The position numbers were made by a program, and so were the translations under genes. A stretch of 63,933 bases of DNA, filler included, from Thraustochytrium aureum (taxonomy: Eukaryota): assembly GCA_012862495.1 (NCBI GenBank). It is 7 parts of 5 records of this genome, joined end to end, with 100 filler letters (N's around TTAATTAATTAA, not from the genome) between each part and the next. Parts side by side here need not be neighbours in the genome. Positions count along the whole stretch, not along the records: positions 1 to 28,521 come from BLSG01000152.1; 6 more parts are not named here. The stretch is one strand, 5' to 3'. This document shows, piece by piece, positions 1 to 11,149 of the stretch. Under the pieces are notes generated by a model. The model had not been told where the DNA came from. It saw only the letters and a program-made list of their open reading frames with translations, and did no database searches. The number at the start of each line of letters is the position of its first letter. The first letter of the stretch is position 1.

Positions 1-113
1 TTTGTTCATTTGTTCATTTGTTCATTTGTTCATTTGTTCATTTGTTCATTTGTTCATTGGTTCATTCATTTGTTCATTCACTTGTTCTTTCACTTGTTCA
101 TTCATGTGTTCAT
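1..113. repeat. (TTTGTTCA)n tandem repeat decaying into a degenerate TTCA/TTGT-rich tract
   Basis: About 7 perfect 8-mers from base 1, then imperfect copies; the array is cut by the window start. Confidence 0.9.
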
Positions 114-311
114 TTTCTGATCGTGAGTTTGGGACGCGGGCCGTCGTTCTTGCCAGCCCGGCCCTTCAGTGACTCTCTGCTGCTGCGCGCGTCGACTGTC
201 CGCTGCGCGCGACCGAGTCCACTGACAGGGGAGCCTTCGGGGCGCTACCCGTGCCGGTGCCGGTGCCGGAGGCGGAGGCCGTGGTGGTCGCGGTGGACAG
301 GGGAAGAATCG

Positions 312-2003
312 ATGACCCGTGAAATTCGCCCCTGGCGCGAATCCCTGCTCCTGCGGGCGGCTGCCGCGCTGTTTGTTGCCGCCGTCACTGGAGCAGAGGC
401 TGCGGCCGTCGATGGAGAGGGGGCAGGCTTGCACGAGATCGCGAGAGCGCCGGCGTTTGGGGATTGGGCGGATGAGCGCGCCAAAACGCATGCGGACTGG
501 CCCCAAGACGCGCAGCCGTTTGAGCTTCGAGTTGCCAAGGCGGTCGGCCCGCGCGGTTACGCCAAAGCTCGGATCACCGCAATCACGTTTGGCAATCGAA
601 CCTTCAGCGATTTCAAGTTTAACGTCACGCAGCCCTTCCGCTTCCGGTGGACGCACGGCTACGACATGGGCCACAGCGGCACTGCCTGCGACGCCGCGAG
701 CAGAATCGCGTCAGCCGCAGTCAAAAGCGACGCAGAGTGCATGGACCTCTGCAACCGCGACGAGCGCTGCGGATACTATACCTTTTACGAAGCGGCCAAG
801 GTTTGCGAGCGCGCCACTGCAAAGTGCGAGCTCAAGGCGCAGGCCAACGCCACGGCTACCTACCGCAACTCTGGCCAGCGCTTCCTACACACTGCAGTCG
901 TGTCGCTCAACGAAGGCGTCAACACGTTTTCCATTGGAGACGTGCCGGTGCAGATCGCCTTGCCAGCCAAGGGCGCAGGCACCTCGGGCATCGTTTGGTC
1001 CGATCCATGCTTTGCGAGCCGGTGGGTTGGCTGCGCTTACGGGCCAATGTGGAACGGCCTTGCAGAGTCCAGCGCGATGATCAACGCTCTCTCTAACGAC
1101 CCAGGCGTCCACTTTTTCCAGATTCTTGGAGACAACTTTTACGACCAGGACGGCAGGCTCACCAAGGCGATGTTTGATCAGTTTAGCATCGCCACTAAGA
1201 GCAAGTTTTTCCAGACTACGCTGGGCAACCATGACATCTGGGTCGACGGGGGCCCACCAGGCGGCCCGCATGACCAGCACGGCATCGGCTTCATGCAGTT
1301 TTACGCCCAGGACGCGGTCGCCGCTCTCCACCAGAGCGGAGGGCGGCCGTTCGACCTGTCCGTCGACCCGGACGCCGCTGGGCTTGCCCCGCAGGACCGC
1401 GAGTTCCGAAACCGAGAGACCAACTTTTTCTGGTACCACGACCTTGGCAACCTCGGCTTTGTTGGATACTCTGGGGTTGGCGACCAAAAGAACACGGCCC
1501 GCATGCTCCGGGATGCATGTGCGCACTTCGCCCAAACGAAGCCTGCATTCATCTTCTTGCTAGGCCATTGGGATACCGCTTCGTCGGGCTGCCAGCCGGG
1601 CATGGAAACCCCTGCCATCAGGCGCACCATGCTCCAGATGCCCGGCTGCAACATCGGGGACCGACTCAAGTTTTTTGACGGCCACGAACACTGCAATCAG
1701 GTCCAAGAGCAGGGCGACACAGAGCCCGTCGGTTTTATGGTCGGGGCCCACGGGATGAACTCTGACAAGTGTATTCCTTCAACGGGCTTCACGTTTGTCG
1801 ACTCGTCGACAGACGGCAAGCTCCGCGTCTTCCACTTTGCCGAACATACATCGTTCAAATCGCAATACAGCGAGATCCTAGCTTGTGTCCGCGAGTCCGG
1901 GTCAGTCCGCGCGTGTACGCATTTTGCGAAGCTTTGGTTGGAGACGGACCTGCGCTCGTTTTCCGTGCAGAGCCTTGGGCAGAGCCTCACATCAGCGAGT
2001 TAA
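312..2003 (+). CDS. Secreted calcineurin-like metallophosphoesterase (purple acid phosphatase-like) with an N-terminal PAN/Apple domain
   Basis: ATG at 312 is followed by a signal-peptide-like LLLRAAAALFVAAVTGAEA. Cys pattern AECMDLCNRDERCGYYTFYEAAKVC fits PAN/Apple. Metal-binding motifs WSDPC, GDNFY, GNHD, LLGH and GHEH occur in order. The upstream ORF extension is microsatellite read-through. Confidence 0.85.
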   Translation: MTREIRPWRESLLLRAAAALFVAAVTGAEAAAVDGEGAGLHEIARAPAFGDWADERAKTHADWPQDAQPFELRVAKAVGPRGYAKARITAITFGNRTFSDFKFNVTQPFRFRWTHGYDMGHSGTACDAASRIASAAVKSDAECMDLCNRDERCGYYTFYEAAKVCERATAKCELKAQANATATYRNSGQRFLHTAVVSLNEGVNTFSIGDVPVQIALPAKGAGTSGIVWSDPCFASRWVGCAYGPMWNGLAESSAMINALSNDPGVHFFQILGDNFYDQDGRLTKAMFDQFSIATKSKFFQTTLGNHDIWVDGGPPGGPHDQHGIGFMQFYAQDAVAALHQSGGRPFDLSVDPDAAGLAPQDREFRNRETNFFWYHDLGNLGFVGYSGVGDQKNTARMLRDACAHFAQTKPAFIFLLGHWDTASSGCQPGMETPAIRRTMLQMPGCNIGDRLKFFDGHEHCNQVQEQGDTEPVGFMVGAHGMNSDKCIPSTGFTFVDSSTDGKLRVFHFAEHTSFKSQYSEILACVRESGSVRACTHFAKLWLETDLRSFSVQSLGQSLTSAS

Positions 2004-2191
2004 GGGGCCAGATCCTCATGGCACTGGCAGGTTGGTGCTCCCTCTCGCGCTGAACCAGTAGTCTCTTGATGGCACCGACGTGGCGCGCAACCTGCCCTAT
2101 CGCACGCATTCTCCTGCGGACCGGTAGGATACGCAAGCGCTCGCTCGCCAGCAGAAACGGCTGATCTCTAGTTTGAACAGTACCAAATACT

Positions 2192-3310
2192 CTACGATTG
2201 TACTCGACATCCTCTTGAGCGAGTATCCGGCAAGTTCGTTGACAGACGAGAGCCCTGAGGTTTCAACGCCCAGGTTGTTGCCAACATCGCTCCTGGGCGG
2301 GGGCCAACCCTCTGCCTGCGCTGCTTCTCCCGGATGAGATACATCATCCAGCTTGCGATGATGCAAAGGTTATTCAGAATCCCCCTCACCGGCACGAAAC
2401 TGCGGTAAATGTGCATTCCAAGAGGAGCCACCGCCGCGAACAAGTCAATCGGCACGACAACAATATTTGTCCAGAAGAAAACGCGCCGGAGGAACGCCGT
2501 CGACCGAAGCATCTTGCTGATTCGAAGCTGCAAAGCGCTCCTTTTGCTGGCCATTTCAGGCGGTAGAAGCGCCATCGCGCTCCGGCCCTCTTGAATGATC
2601 GGGTCAAAAACAGCGCACACAAAGAAAACCGCGTAGAGCGAGCAAGCAGCGCCCGCTGCTGCCATGGCTCGAATGAACCGTGTCGAGTGCTCTAGTGGAG
2701 AAGCTGCTGCAACGACCGTCATGCTGTTCGAAGCGAAAACACAAAAATAGAAGGCCGGCAGCCAGTTTATGAGCACCTTGACCCAAAGCCGAGTCTGCGC
2801 GCGCCAACGGTCGCGGCCTTGGGACTTCAAAACGAAGTGGAGAAATTTGTGATACACCGCCATCCCCGAGCAGTACGACATTGTACTGCCAACTGCAAAC
2901 GCTATCGCACTTGGCAAATCCTCGGCGACGGATACGCGCGGGTTGTCCCAGTGGTTCAGCCGCCGCCACGCAAATACCAACGATCCACAAGTGCTAAGAA
3001 TACCAGGCATGATTCTCGCGGTTTGCTTGAGCCATAATCGAGGCGCCTTGGAAGCCAGCTTGTTCGCAAGGAAAAGCGAAACCGCAGAAGAATTGATGGC
3101 GGACAATACCAGCAGCACAACGTACGCCGCATGAAGCGTGCTTTCATGCGTGCCGCAAGCCTCTTCAAGCGAGTCGCCAGGGACCCACGCCAACTCGCTG
3201 GTCCTTCTCCATCCAGCGCTGCACGCACAGCCTGTTCCGTTCGCTGTGCATTCCCCGAACAAGCAGGGGTGCGCTGAGGGCCAGGCCACCAAGCACGCTT
3301 GCGGGGCCAT
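2192..3310 (-). CDS. Orphan 7-TM membrane protein with N-terminal EGF-like Cys domain (copy A)
   Basis: ATG at 3310 (MAPQACLVAWPS). CLFGECTANGTGCACSAGW is EGF-like and carries an NGT sequon. Seven hydrophobic segments counted by eye, then a basic C-tail. Clearly paralogous to the adjacent ORF. Confidence 0.8.
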   Translation of the reverse strand: MAPQACLVAWPSAHPCLFGECTANGTGCACSAGWRRTSELAWVPGDSLEEACGTHESTLHAAYVVLLVLSAINSSAVSLFLANKLASKAPRLWLKQTARIMPGILSTCGSLVFAWRRLNHWDNPRVSVAEDLPSAIAFAVGSTMSYCSGMAVYHKFLHFVLKSQGRDRWRAQTRLWVKVLINWLPAFYFCVFASNSMTVVAAASPLEHSTRFIRAMAAAGAACSLYAVFFVCAVFDPIIQEGRSAMALLPPEMASKRSALQLRISKMLRSTAFLRRVFFWTNIVVVPIDLFAAVAPLGMHIYRSFVPVRGILNNLCIIASWMMYLIREKQRRQRVGPRPGAMLATTWALKPQGSRLSTNLPDTRSRGCRVQS

Positions 3311-4029
3311 CTCGCCTTTGCCAGCGTCCGTCAGGCCCAGGCCACCGGGCACGCCTGCTCTGTCATCCGTTAGACAGCGCCGTCGGAGTCGCGTGCTTTC
3401 GTGCTTGCTGCAACTGATGGGAGTTGTCAGTGAATCAGCGAGTCCGTCAAGGGTCGTCGTCGCCCAACGGCTCTGTGGGTGACACGCCAAACGGCACTTT
3501 CCTCAACCAGTTCTGACAAGTGCAAGCAAGTTGGGGTCGAAGGACTCTCTACCTCGGCCCCATGATGGCTCGCTTCCGTTTTCCTCGACGGAGGCCTGCC
3601 CGGCCAGCAGCAACAACCATTCGCAGCCGACGAGCGCGAAACGCGACCGAGTCGACTGTCAGAACTCGCATGACCGCGATCGAGAGCGCTGCTGCTCGGC
3701 TTCCGCTCGGACCCGCCAGCAAGCTGTCGATGAGGGTCGAAACAGTGAGGGGGGGTGGAGAAGGGATAAAAGGGCTGCGCGGAACGGGCATCCCTGCGCG
3801 ACGCCGAAGCCCCCGTGCTGACCGTAAAATTGGCAAGTGCCATCCATCGAAAATTGCGTAGCCGTTTCTAAACGTTGCGCGGACGGCCACACAAGCCCAT
3901 GCACGGCCGGTAAGCTCTACATACCTGTGCCGCTCGAAGCTGCTGTTATAAGACTTGTTGGAAGCATTTGGCACAGAACTTCGTTGGAACTTCTCCCGAG
4001 GGCATCGGTTGCACCAGCGCCAGAGCGGG

Positions 4030-5358
4030 TCAAGTCAAGCTGCTGTGCTGGCGATTACTCGCTTGGCCATTGTCCTTCAATGTGTTTGAGAGCGCCTTGA
4101 GGATATGTGGTGCTGACTTGCGGGTTTGCGACGACATCGAGTTGGGCATCGGCTCGATTTTCGCGAAGCGACGAGTATCGGACTGCCTTCGGCGCTTCTC
4201 GCGCATCAGGTACTCCACCCAGCTTGCGATAATGCAAATGTTGTTCAGGGACGCTCGCACAGGGATAAAGGTCCGGAATACGTGCATCCCAAGTGGAGCC
4301 ACAGCCGCAAACAAATCGATCGGCACGATGAGGACGTTTACCCAGATGAAAACGCGCCGAAGAAACGACGTGGATCGAAGCATCTTGTTGATCCGGATCT
4401 GCAAAGATTTACTTCCTCGAGCCGCTTCTGCTGGCAGCATTTCCAGCACTTGCCTACCTTCCTCGATTACGGGGTCAAACACAGCGCGCACGAAGAAAAC
4501 TGAGTACAAAGAGCAAGTGCAGCCAAGTCCTGCCACTGCCCGCATGATCGTTGTTGAGCGCTCCAAAGGCGACGCTGCCGCAACGATAGTCAAGCTGTAC
4601 GTAATTAAAACGTAGACATAGAACCCTGGAAGGCAGTTGATGAGCACCCTGGAGCAAGTCGGCGTTTGCGCATTCCAACGCTCGCGCCCTTTGGACTCGA
4701 GAACAAATCGCAGGAACTTTTGATATATCAACATCCCCGAGCAGTACGACATCCCACCAGCTACTGTTAAGGCAACAGCACTTGTCAAGTCCTCGGCGAT
4801 GGAAATGCGCGCGTTTCCCCAGTGATTCAGGCGCCGCCAAGCCAAAACCAATGAACCACTCGCGCTCAAAATCCCAGGCCCAATCCTCACAAATTGACTT
4901 GGCCAGCGCCGAGGCGCCTTCGCAGCCAGCTTGGCTGCTAAGACCAAGGTTAAGACAACCGCGTTGATCACCGACAAGACGAGCAGAACAAAATATGACC
5001 AGAACAGCGTGTCACTGTGGGTGCCGCAAATCTCCTCGGGGTGCTCGTCAGGGAACCACGCCAGCTCGGTTGTCCTTTGCCATCCAGCGCTGCAAACGCA
5101 GACAGTTCCATTCGCTGTGCACTCCCCAAACAGGCATGCCCGCGACGAGGGCCATGCCGCTACGCACCCGGGCGCCTCAATTGGCTTCCCGCTCATCATC
5201 AACCCAGTTGCGGACTGCTCACCATTCAGCCACATCCGAACCTTGAGAAAGACCCCTTCACTCGTAGATCTCCAAACGGACTGACTGTACGCCTTCAGTG
5301 TGCCGCTTGGCTCCGCTTGGCTCTGCGGTTGATCCGTTGGAAACCCAACGGAATTCAT
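4030..5358 (-). CDS. Orphan 7-TM membrane protein with N-terminal EGF-like Cys domain (copy B); start may be 5199
   Basis: Colinear with copy A, sharing CLFGECTANGT, WRRLNHW, MSYCSGM, KMLRST.FLRRVF, VPIDLFAAVAPLGMH and LNN.CIIASW. Confidence 0.8.
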   Translation of the reverse strand: MNSVGFPTDQPQSQAEPSGTLKAYSQSVWRSTSEGVFLKVRMWLNGEQSATGLMMSGKPIEAPGCVAAWPSSRACLFGECTANGTVCVCSAGWQRTTELAWFPDEHPEEICGTHSDTLFWSYFVLLVLSVINAVVLTLVLAAKLAAKAPRRWPSQFVRIGPGILSASGSLVLAWRRLNHWGNARISIAEDLTSAVALTVAGGMSYCSGMLIYQKFLRFVLESKGRERWNAQTPTCSRVLINCLPGFYVYVLITYSLTIVAAASPLERSTTIMRAVAGLGCTCSLYSVFFVRAVFDPVIEEGRQVLEMLPAEAARGSKSLQIRINKMLRSTSFLRRVFIWVNVLIVPIDLFAAVAPLGMHVFRTFIPVRASLNNICIIASWVEYLMREKRRRQSDTRRFAKIEPMPNSMSSQTRKSAPHILKALSNTLKDNGQASNRQHSSLT

Positions 5359-5844
5359 CTGGCTCGATTCCCCGTGCCACTCCGCTCGACTTCAAGCTCT
5401 CGTGGGTAGGCCAATCGTTGGAACAGGCACTTACGTAAACTGGTGCTCTAGAGCTAGTAGTACNNNNNNNNNNNNNNNNNNNNNNNNNNNNNNNNNNNNN
5501 NNNNNNNNNNNNNNNNNNNNNNNNNNNNNNNNNNNNNNNNNNNNNNNNNNNNNNNNNNNNNNNNNNNNNNNNNNNNNNNNNNNNNNNNNNNNNNNNNNNN
5601 NNNNNNNNNNNNNNNNNNNNNNNNNNNNNNNNNNNNNNNNNNNNNNNNNNNNNNNNNNNNNNNNNNNNNNNNNNNNNNNNNNNNNNNNNNNNNNNNNNNN
5701 NNNNNNNNNNNNNNNNNNNNNNNNNNNNNNNNNNNNNNNNNNNNNNNNNNNNNNNNNNNNNNNNNNNNNNNNNNNNNNNNNNNNNNNNNNNNNNNNNNNN
5801 NNNNNNNNNNNNNNNNNNNNNNNNNNNNNNNNNNNNNNNNNNNN

Positions 5845-8800
5845 GGATAGCAGCTTCTCGCTCCCGTGCAGCCTTCGCGCCGAACGGGTCGTCCAGGAGC
5901 CGCTTCTTCTCTTCGCGGAGCTTGACCTTGAGCTTCTCCTGTTTGGCTGTGCCACGAACCCACAGTCGCCGCACAGCCCTGGTAGGCCACCTCATCGCCG
6001 TGTCCACCATCTTTGCGCTCTTGTCCAGCTTGCCGACGGCCCGAGACTGGACCACGGACGTTGCCCGGCTCTTGCTTAGCCCTGCAAAAGCCGCCGCTCG
6101 CACCGCACGACCCACCATTGTTGTCGGTGGCTGGCCAGATGCCCATCCTGAGTTTTCAGCTTGGCCGTCCGCATCAGCGCCTTCCCGTGATTCCAAGTAG
6201 GCCTTGGGCACCTCAGACGCACGCCCCGCAGCAATCATATCCTCTGCGACCTGCACGTACTCGGAGCACAGGTGGCCCAAGGCGATGAACTCGTCTATTG
6301 TGTCTTGGCAGTAGTAGACCATGTTGAAACTTGCCGGGTGGCGCGTGTCGCCGTCAGACTCGCTCGAATACTCACTGCTGCTGCTGCTACTCTCGCTGCT
6401 TGAACTGCTAAGACTCGAGCTGCTATGGACGCGATTCAGCCCCCCCTTGCCCTGTGGGCGGCCACCCTGCGCGCCCACGCCAATCTCGTCACACCGCCGT
6501 TGCAGGTCTCGGAGCATGTATAGCGAAGCCTTGAGGCGTTTGGCAACTAGCTTGGCCTCGTTTTCTGCGCGCGCAAAGTCGAGCTCTTGCACGCTCGCCT
6601 CCAGCATCTCGTACCGGCTTTGAGCAAACCCAATCTGCTTGCCCTCAAAGCTGAACTGCTCCTCCCGTTGTCGTCATGTAGTCGACCGCGCTGGCCAGCC
6701 GCGCGAGCCGGCGCTCGAGAAAGCCTGGCACCACGGTTTGGATCTCCTCCTCCAGCTCGTCCAGCCGCTCGCGACCTTCTTTGGGCCGAGCGGCACGTTC
6801 AGCCTCCTCGTACTCGGCCAGCGCTTCGTCGTCCTCCGCGATGATGCGCCGCATCTCTTCCTCCGCGGCTTTGGTCTTGTCATAAACTGCTCGGTGGGAA
6901 ACCAGCTCGGCTTCCGCTTCTTGGATCGCTGCAGCAGCGCGGACGCGCTGCTCTTCTTGAAACGATTCAAGGTCGTCCAGCTCGAGCTGCGAGTCAAACA
7001 AGTGATCGCGGACCCGTTCCTCGAACCCGTCTAGGGCTGCACTGGCGCACTCTATCGCCATGGTTTGCCAGACAGTTGCCTCCTGCGCTTGGTTTCGGGC
7101 AGCAACCAGTCGCTCCGCCAACTCACGCAGCGGCGGTAGGTACCGCGCAAGCTGCGCGCCGCAGCGATCGAGTGCCCGCACTTCGCTCCCGACGAGAGCA
7201 GCGATGAGCTCGCCAACAAGAGCCTCGCACCTTCGGTAGACCGGCTTGATCTGGCCCAGGGCACGCCGTTCGAGCTCGAGCCAGACGGCTCGTCGCCTTT
7301 GCCCAACCTCTACAATGAAGGCTATTTCAGCTCTCGCTGCAAGGATTTGCGCGCGGGACTGCTCCAGAAACTGGGCATCTGTAGTGTACCGCGCAATGGT
7401 GGCAGCGTACCTTTGCATGACGCGCTGCGCCAGCCCAAGCTTGGTTCTCAGGTACCGAACTTCGTGCTGCAGCATGTTGGTAGTGTCTCCGTCTTCTGGG
7501 TCCGCAGCGGCAAGCTGCTCCTCAAGTTGAGCTTCGGAAGAGGACCAACGATTGCAGTCGTCCTCGAGCTCTGCGTGCTGGGCTCTCACTCTGTCGAGCG
7601 CTTGGCTCGCGTGGCCGAGAGGCTGGTCTACGAGCGCGTGTACTGCGTCGAAGTTGACATTGCGCACTAGATCGTGCTCCAGCGACTCGAGGTGCTCCAC
7701 TTGGCGAACGCGGGGAGGGAGCTCGGAGAGGTATCTGTCAAGGTCGAAGCCAACCAAGGCGCTAGGATGGACAGACTCGCGAAGCATGCCACTTAAGACG
7801 CTCGTGGCCAGTCCGCGCACGCGGTCGGCGTCCGAGGCTCGCGCAGCTGCGTAGCGAACAATGCCAGCCGAAAGCGCGTTTTGCGCGGCGACGATCGCGA
7901 CCCTCCTTGTCATCGGAAGCCTGCCCAGAACCACGCTCTCTTGCAAGCGTGCAACGATGCGCTCACTTGACTTCTCGGCCGCACCAAACACTTGTCGCAT
8001 CGCGCTGCCAAGGTGGAGCACGGCGCTACCGAGGGCATACTCTGCGGACTTTGGGTCTAGGCATTGCAAGACTTGCTCTGCAGCCGCTCTGGCACGAACC
8101 GATGGCGCAGAAGCAAACGCGCGGATGTTTGCAAGCACGTTGCGCTTCTCGATCAGCGCTCCCCTCGCTGTGGCTGTAACCGGAACGGCGCCAGACCGCG
8201 CGCGCTCCCCCGCTTCGCGCACAACGCTCATCCAGGAAGTATTAATTGCGCGCTGTAGCTCCAGAGGCCGAAACGCGAGCGGCATGCCGCGCCTTTTCCT
8301 CTTTGAAGCACTGCCGCCCACAGGTGACACTTGCGCGACGGCGTCGAGGCCGGGCCCAGGATTATCGCTCAGCAGAAGACCAACAATACCGCAAACATCG
8401 CGCCCTAGCTCTGCAGGGTCGCCACCGGCGCCTCTGCCGACCGCAAGCATGCGGCCGGCCATGAGCGCTACAAACCAACTGCCTACCGAAACCGAGAAAG
8501 ACTCATCCCCTCCGCACCCTGGCCGCCTAATGGATATGGAAATGGCGAGATCTGCTGCAGGTGTCGCGACCTTGACGGTCGCGAACGTGCACAGTGCCGG
8601 TCCGAGCCGCGGGCGCACGACCAGTACGCCTTTGAAGATTGTCGCACCCGGACGCGTCAACAGCTGAGCCAAGTGGCTGCGCCGCTCGTGGAGCGCCCGA
8701 AAGAATAGCCACTGCCGAAAGGCGAATTGAATCCGCTTTGCGGCAGCGACCCTCTTTTGCGCCCTAAAGAACGCTGCCACTGCTCTGGCCCTCTCGCGCC

Positions 8801-9925
8801 GCGCGAATCGCTGCAGCACCATGGCCGCTGCACGCTGCGCCTTAAGACGGCGCCTTGGGAGCACTCCACGCCAAGCAGCTTGGATCACTCGACTGGCCTG
8901 GAACCGCGCCAGCAGACCGTGCGGGGCGCCAAACACGATGCGCCGCGCAAGGAAGACTCGCGCTTGCGCTTGGAGAACGACCGCAGCGCTGTGCCGCTCT
9001 GCGCGCCAGGAACGCACGGCGCGGGCTGCCCGCTGTGCGAGAATAAACCTCGCAAATCTACCGATCATGTTTGCAGATTTCAGCTGGCGCCAAAAACGGC
9101 GCTGCCAGTGTCGACAGCGCCAAAAGGCCTGGATCCGCGTCGCGCAGAAGACTCGGTCGGCTCGCGACTTTGCGATCTCGCGGCCGCGATTGCCCCGCCA
9201 CAACGCCTGGATCCGCACCGCTCCGCCCCGAAGCCGCCTCCACACTTGTGACTGCAGAGCATGTCGCATCCACGCCTGTATCAAAACAGCGGCGCGGCCT
9301 CGAGCTCGGCGGCGGCGTTCCTCCTTGGCTTGTGCACGTCGAACAAGGCATTGCACTCGCGTCGCGGCCGCTGTTCGCGCCTTGAGCGCGCAATCTTGCA
9401 AATAGCGAGCGTGCACTGCCTCCACTGCGTCGCATAGGTCATGCACGCTTTCGACGATGATCTGTACCCGAGCCCGGTTCAAATCTCGTACAAGCTTTCG
9501 AGCCGCGAAGGCTCGAAAGCATCGCTGGATGGCCGACGCGGATCGAAATCGTTGACGGGTTGTCCGCATTGCAAGCAGCGCGCGATACCGACGCCAAGTG
9601 ACTTGAATCTGCGTTGCAGCGACGCGCTGGGCTCGAGCGTGACAAAGACGCTCGCGAGCTAGGCTTTGGCGAGCAAAGCACTGGATTTTGACGCTCGCCT
9701 TGTGCTGAGCAAGAACGCCAAACTCCCCAAAGACAGCTTCGCGAGCAATCCAAGCGCGGATAGCGGCCTGCACTGTTTCAGCAGCCTTCCACTCTCTCGA
9801 AACGACGCGCCAAAGGGGTGGCCGTGAGGCGTCTCCGGCGAGCTCGGGCTTGCTCCTTCCCACGAGCGACTCGATGTCTGCAACCTAACTGGGAACGGCT
9901 GGGGCCTACCAGACGCGTCGTTTCG
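5845..9925 (-). CDS. Large multi-IQ-motif (calmodulin-binding) coiled-coil protein; both ends in gaps, frameshift near 6665
   Basis: About 12 IQ motifs (e.g. ATQIQVTWRRYRA, AVRIQALWRGNRGR, ATRIQAFWRCR, SRVIQAAWRGVLPR) followed by a helical E/R/A-rich region. ORF 6645-9863 continues into the 5845-6607 frame after a 1-nt shift. Confidence 0.75.
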
Positions 9926-11149
9926 NNNNNNNNNNNNNNNNNNNNNNNNNNNNNNNNNNNNNNNNNNNNNNNNNNNNNNNNNNNNNNNNNNNNNNNNNNN
10001 NNNNNNNNNNNNNNNNNNNNNNNNNNNNNNNNNNNNNNNNNNNNNNNNNNNNNNNNNNNNNNNNNNNNNNNNNNNNNNNNNNNNNNNNNNNNNNNNNNNN
10101 NNNNNNNNNNNNNNNNNNNNNNNNNNNNNNNNNNNNNNNNNNNNNNNNNNNNNNNNNNNNNNNNNNNNNNNNNNNNNNNNNNNNNNNNNNNNNNNNNNNN
10201 NNNNNNNNNNNNNNNNNNNNNNNNNNNNNNNNNNNNNNNNNNNNNNNNNNNNNNNNNNNNNNNNNNNNNNNNNNNNNNNNNNNNNNNNNNNNNNNNNNNN
10301 NNNNNNNNNNNNNNNNNNNNNNNNNNNNNNNNNNNNNNNNNNNNNNNNNNNNNNNNNNNNNNNNNNNNNNNNNNNNNNNNNNNNNNNNNNNNNNNNNNNN
10401 NNNNNNNNNNNNNNNNNNNNNNNNNNNNNNNNNNNNNNNNNNNNNNNNNNNNNNNNNNNNNNNNNNNNNNNNNNNNNNNNNNNNNNNNNNNNNNNNNNNN
10501 NNNNNNNNNNNNNNNNNNNNNNNNNNNNNNNNNNNNNNNNNNNNNNNNNNNNNNNNNNNNNNNNNNNNNNNNNNNNNNNNNNNNNNNNNNNNNNNNNNNN
10601 NNNNNNNNNNNNNNNNNNNNNNNNNNNNNNNNNNNNNNNNNNNNNNNNNNNNNNNNNNNNNNNNNNNNNNNNNNNNNNNNNNNNNNNNNNNNNNNNNNNN
10701 NNNGAGCTGGGCGATTGAGGGCTTCGTGGCGCTGCTGCTGCGCGACGCCCTGTGCTTTCCACGCGGACTCGGCGCTGGCCGCCCGCGTTTTGGGCAAGTG
10801 GTACGACGGCGTGCACGCGGGCGTCAGGAACAGGGAGGTGGAGGCGCGAGCGCCACGGCGAATGCTCGACGCAGGAGGCTGGCTGGGCATGCAGTTGGGG
10901 AGCGGTCTCGGGAGTGAAGTGCAGAGGGAGTGCCTGCTGCGCGAGCGCGTTCGTGGGAGTGAGTTCGTCGTGGGCACACCGGGGTGTTTTCACATTAGTG
11001 CACGGCGAATCGCGAGCCAGCCAGCGCTCGCAAGCGCGGGTTTGGGACGAGGACGAGGCAAGCACCGACAAAGTCTCTGCTGAGATTCGCGATTTGAACA
11101 AGAGCAGGAGGTTGGTCTCGGCGGGCCAGGCCAACACCTGGCTGGGTCG

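Noticed and set aside
1..58. Possible telomeric repeat
   Set aside because: TTTGTTCA lacks G/C runs typical of telomeres, and position 1 is only the window edge.
2192..5358. Microbial rhodopsin assignment for the 7TM pair
   Set aside because: There is no retinal-binding Lys motif in helix 7.
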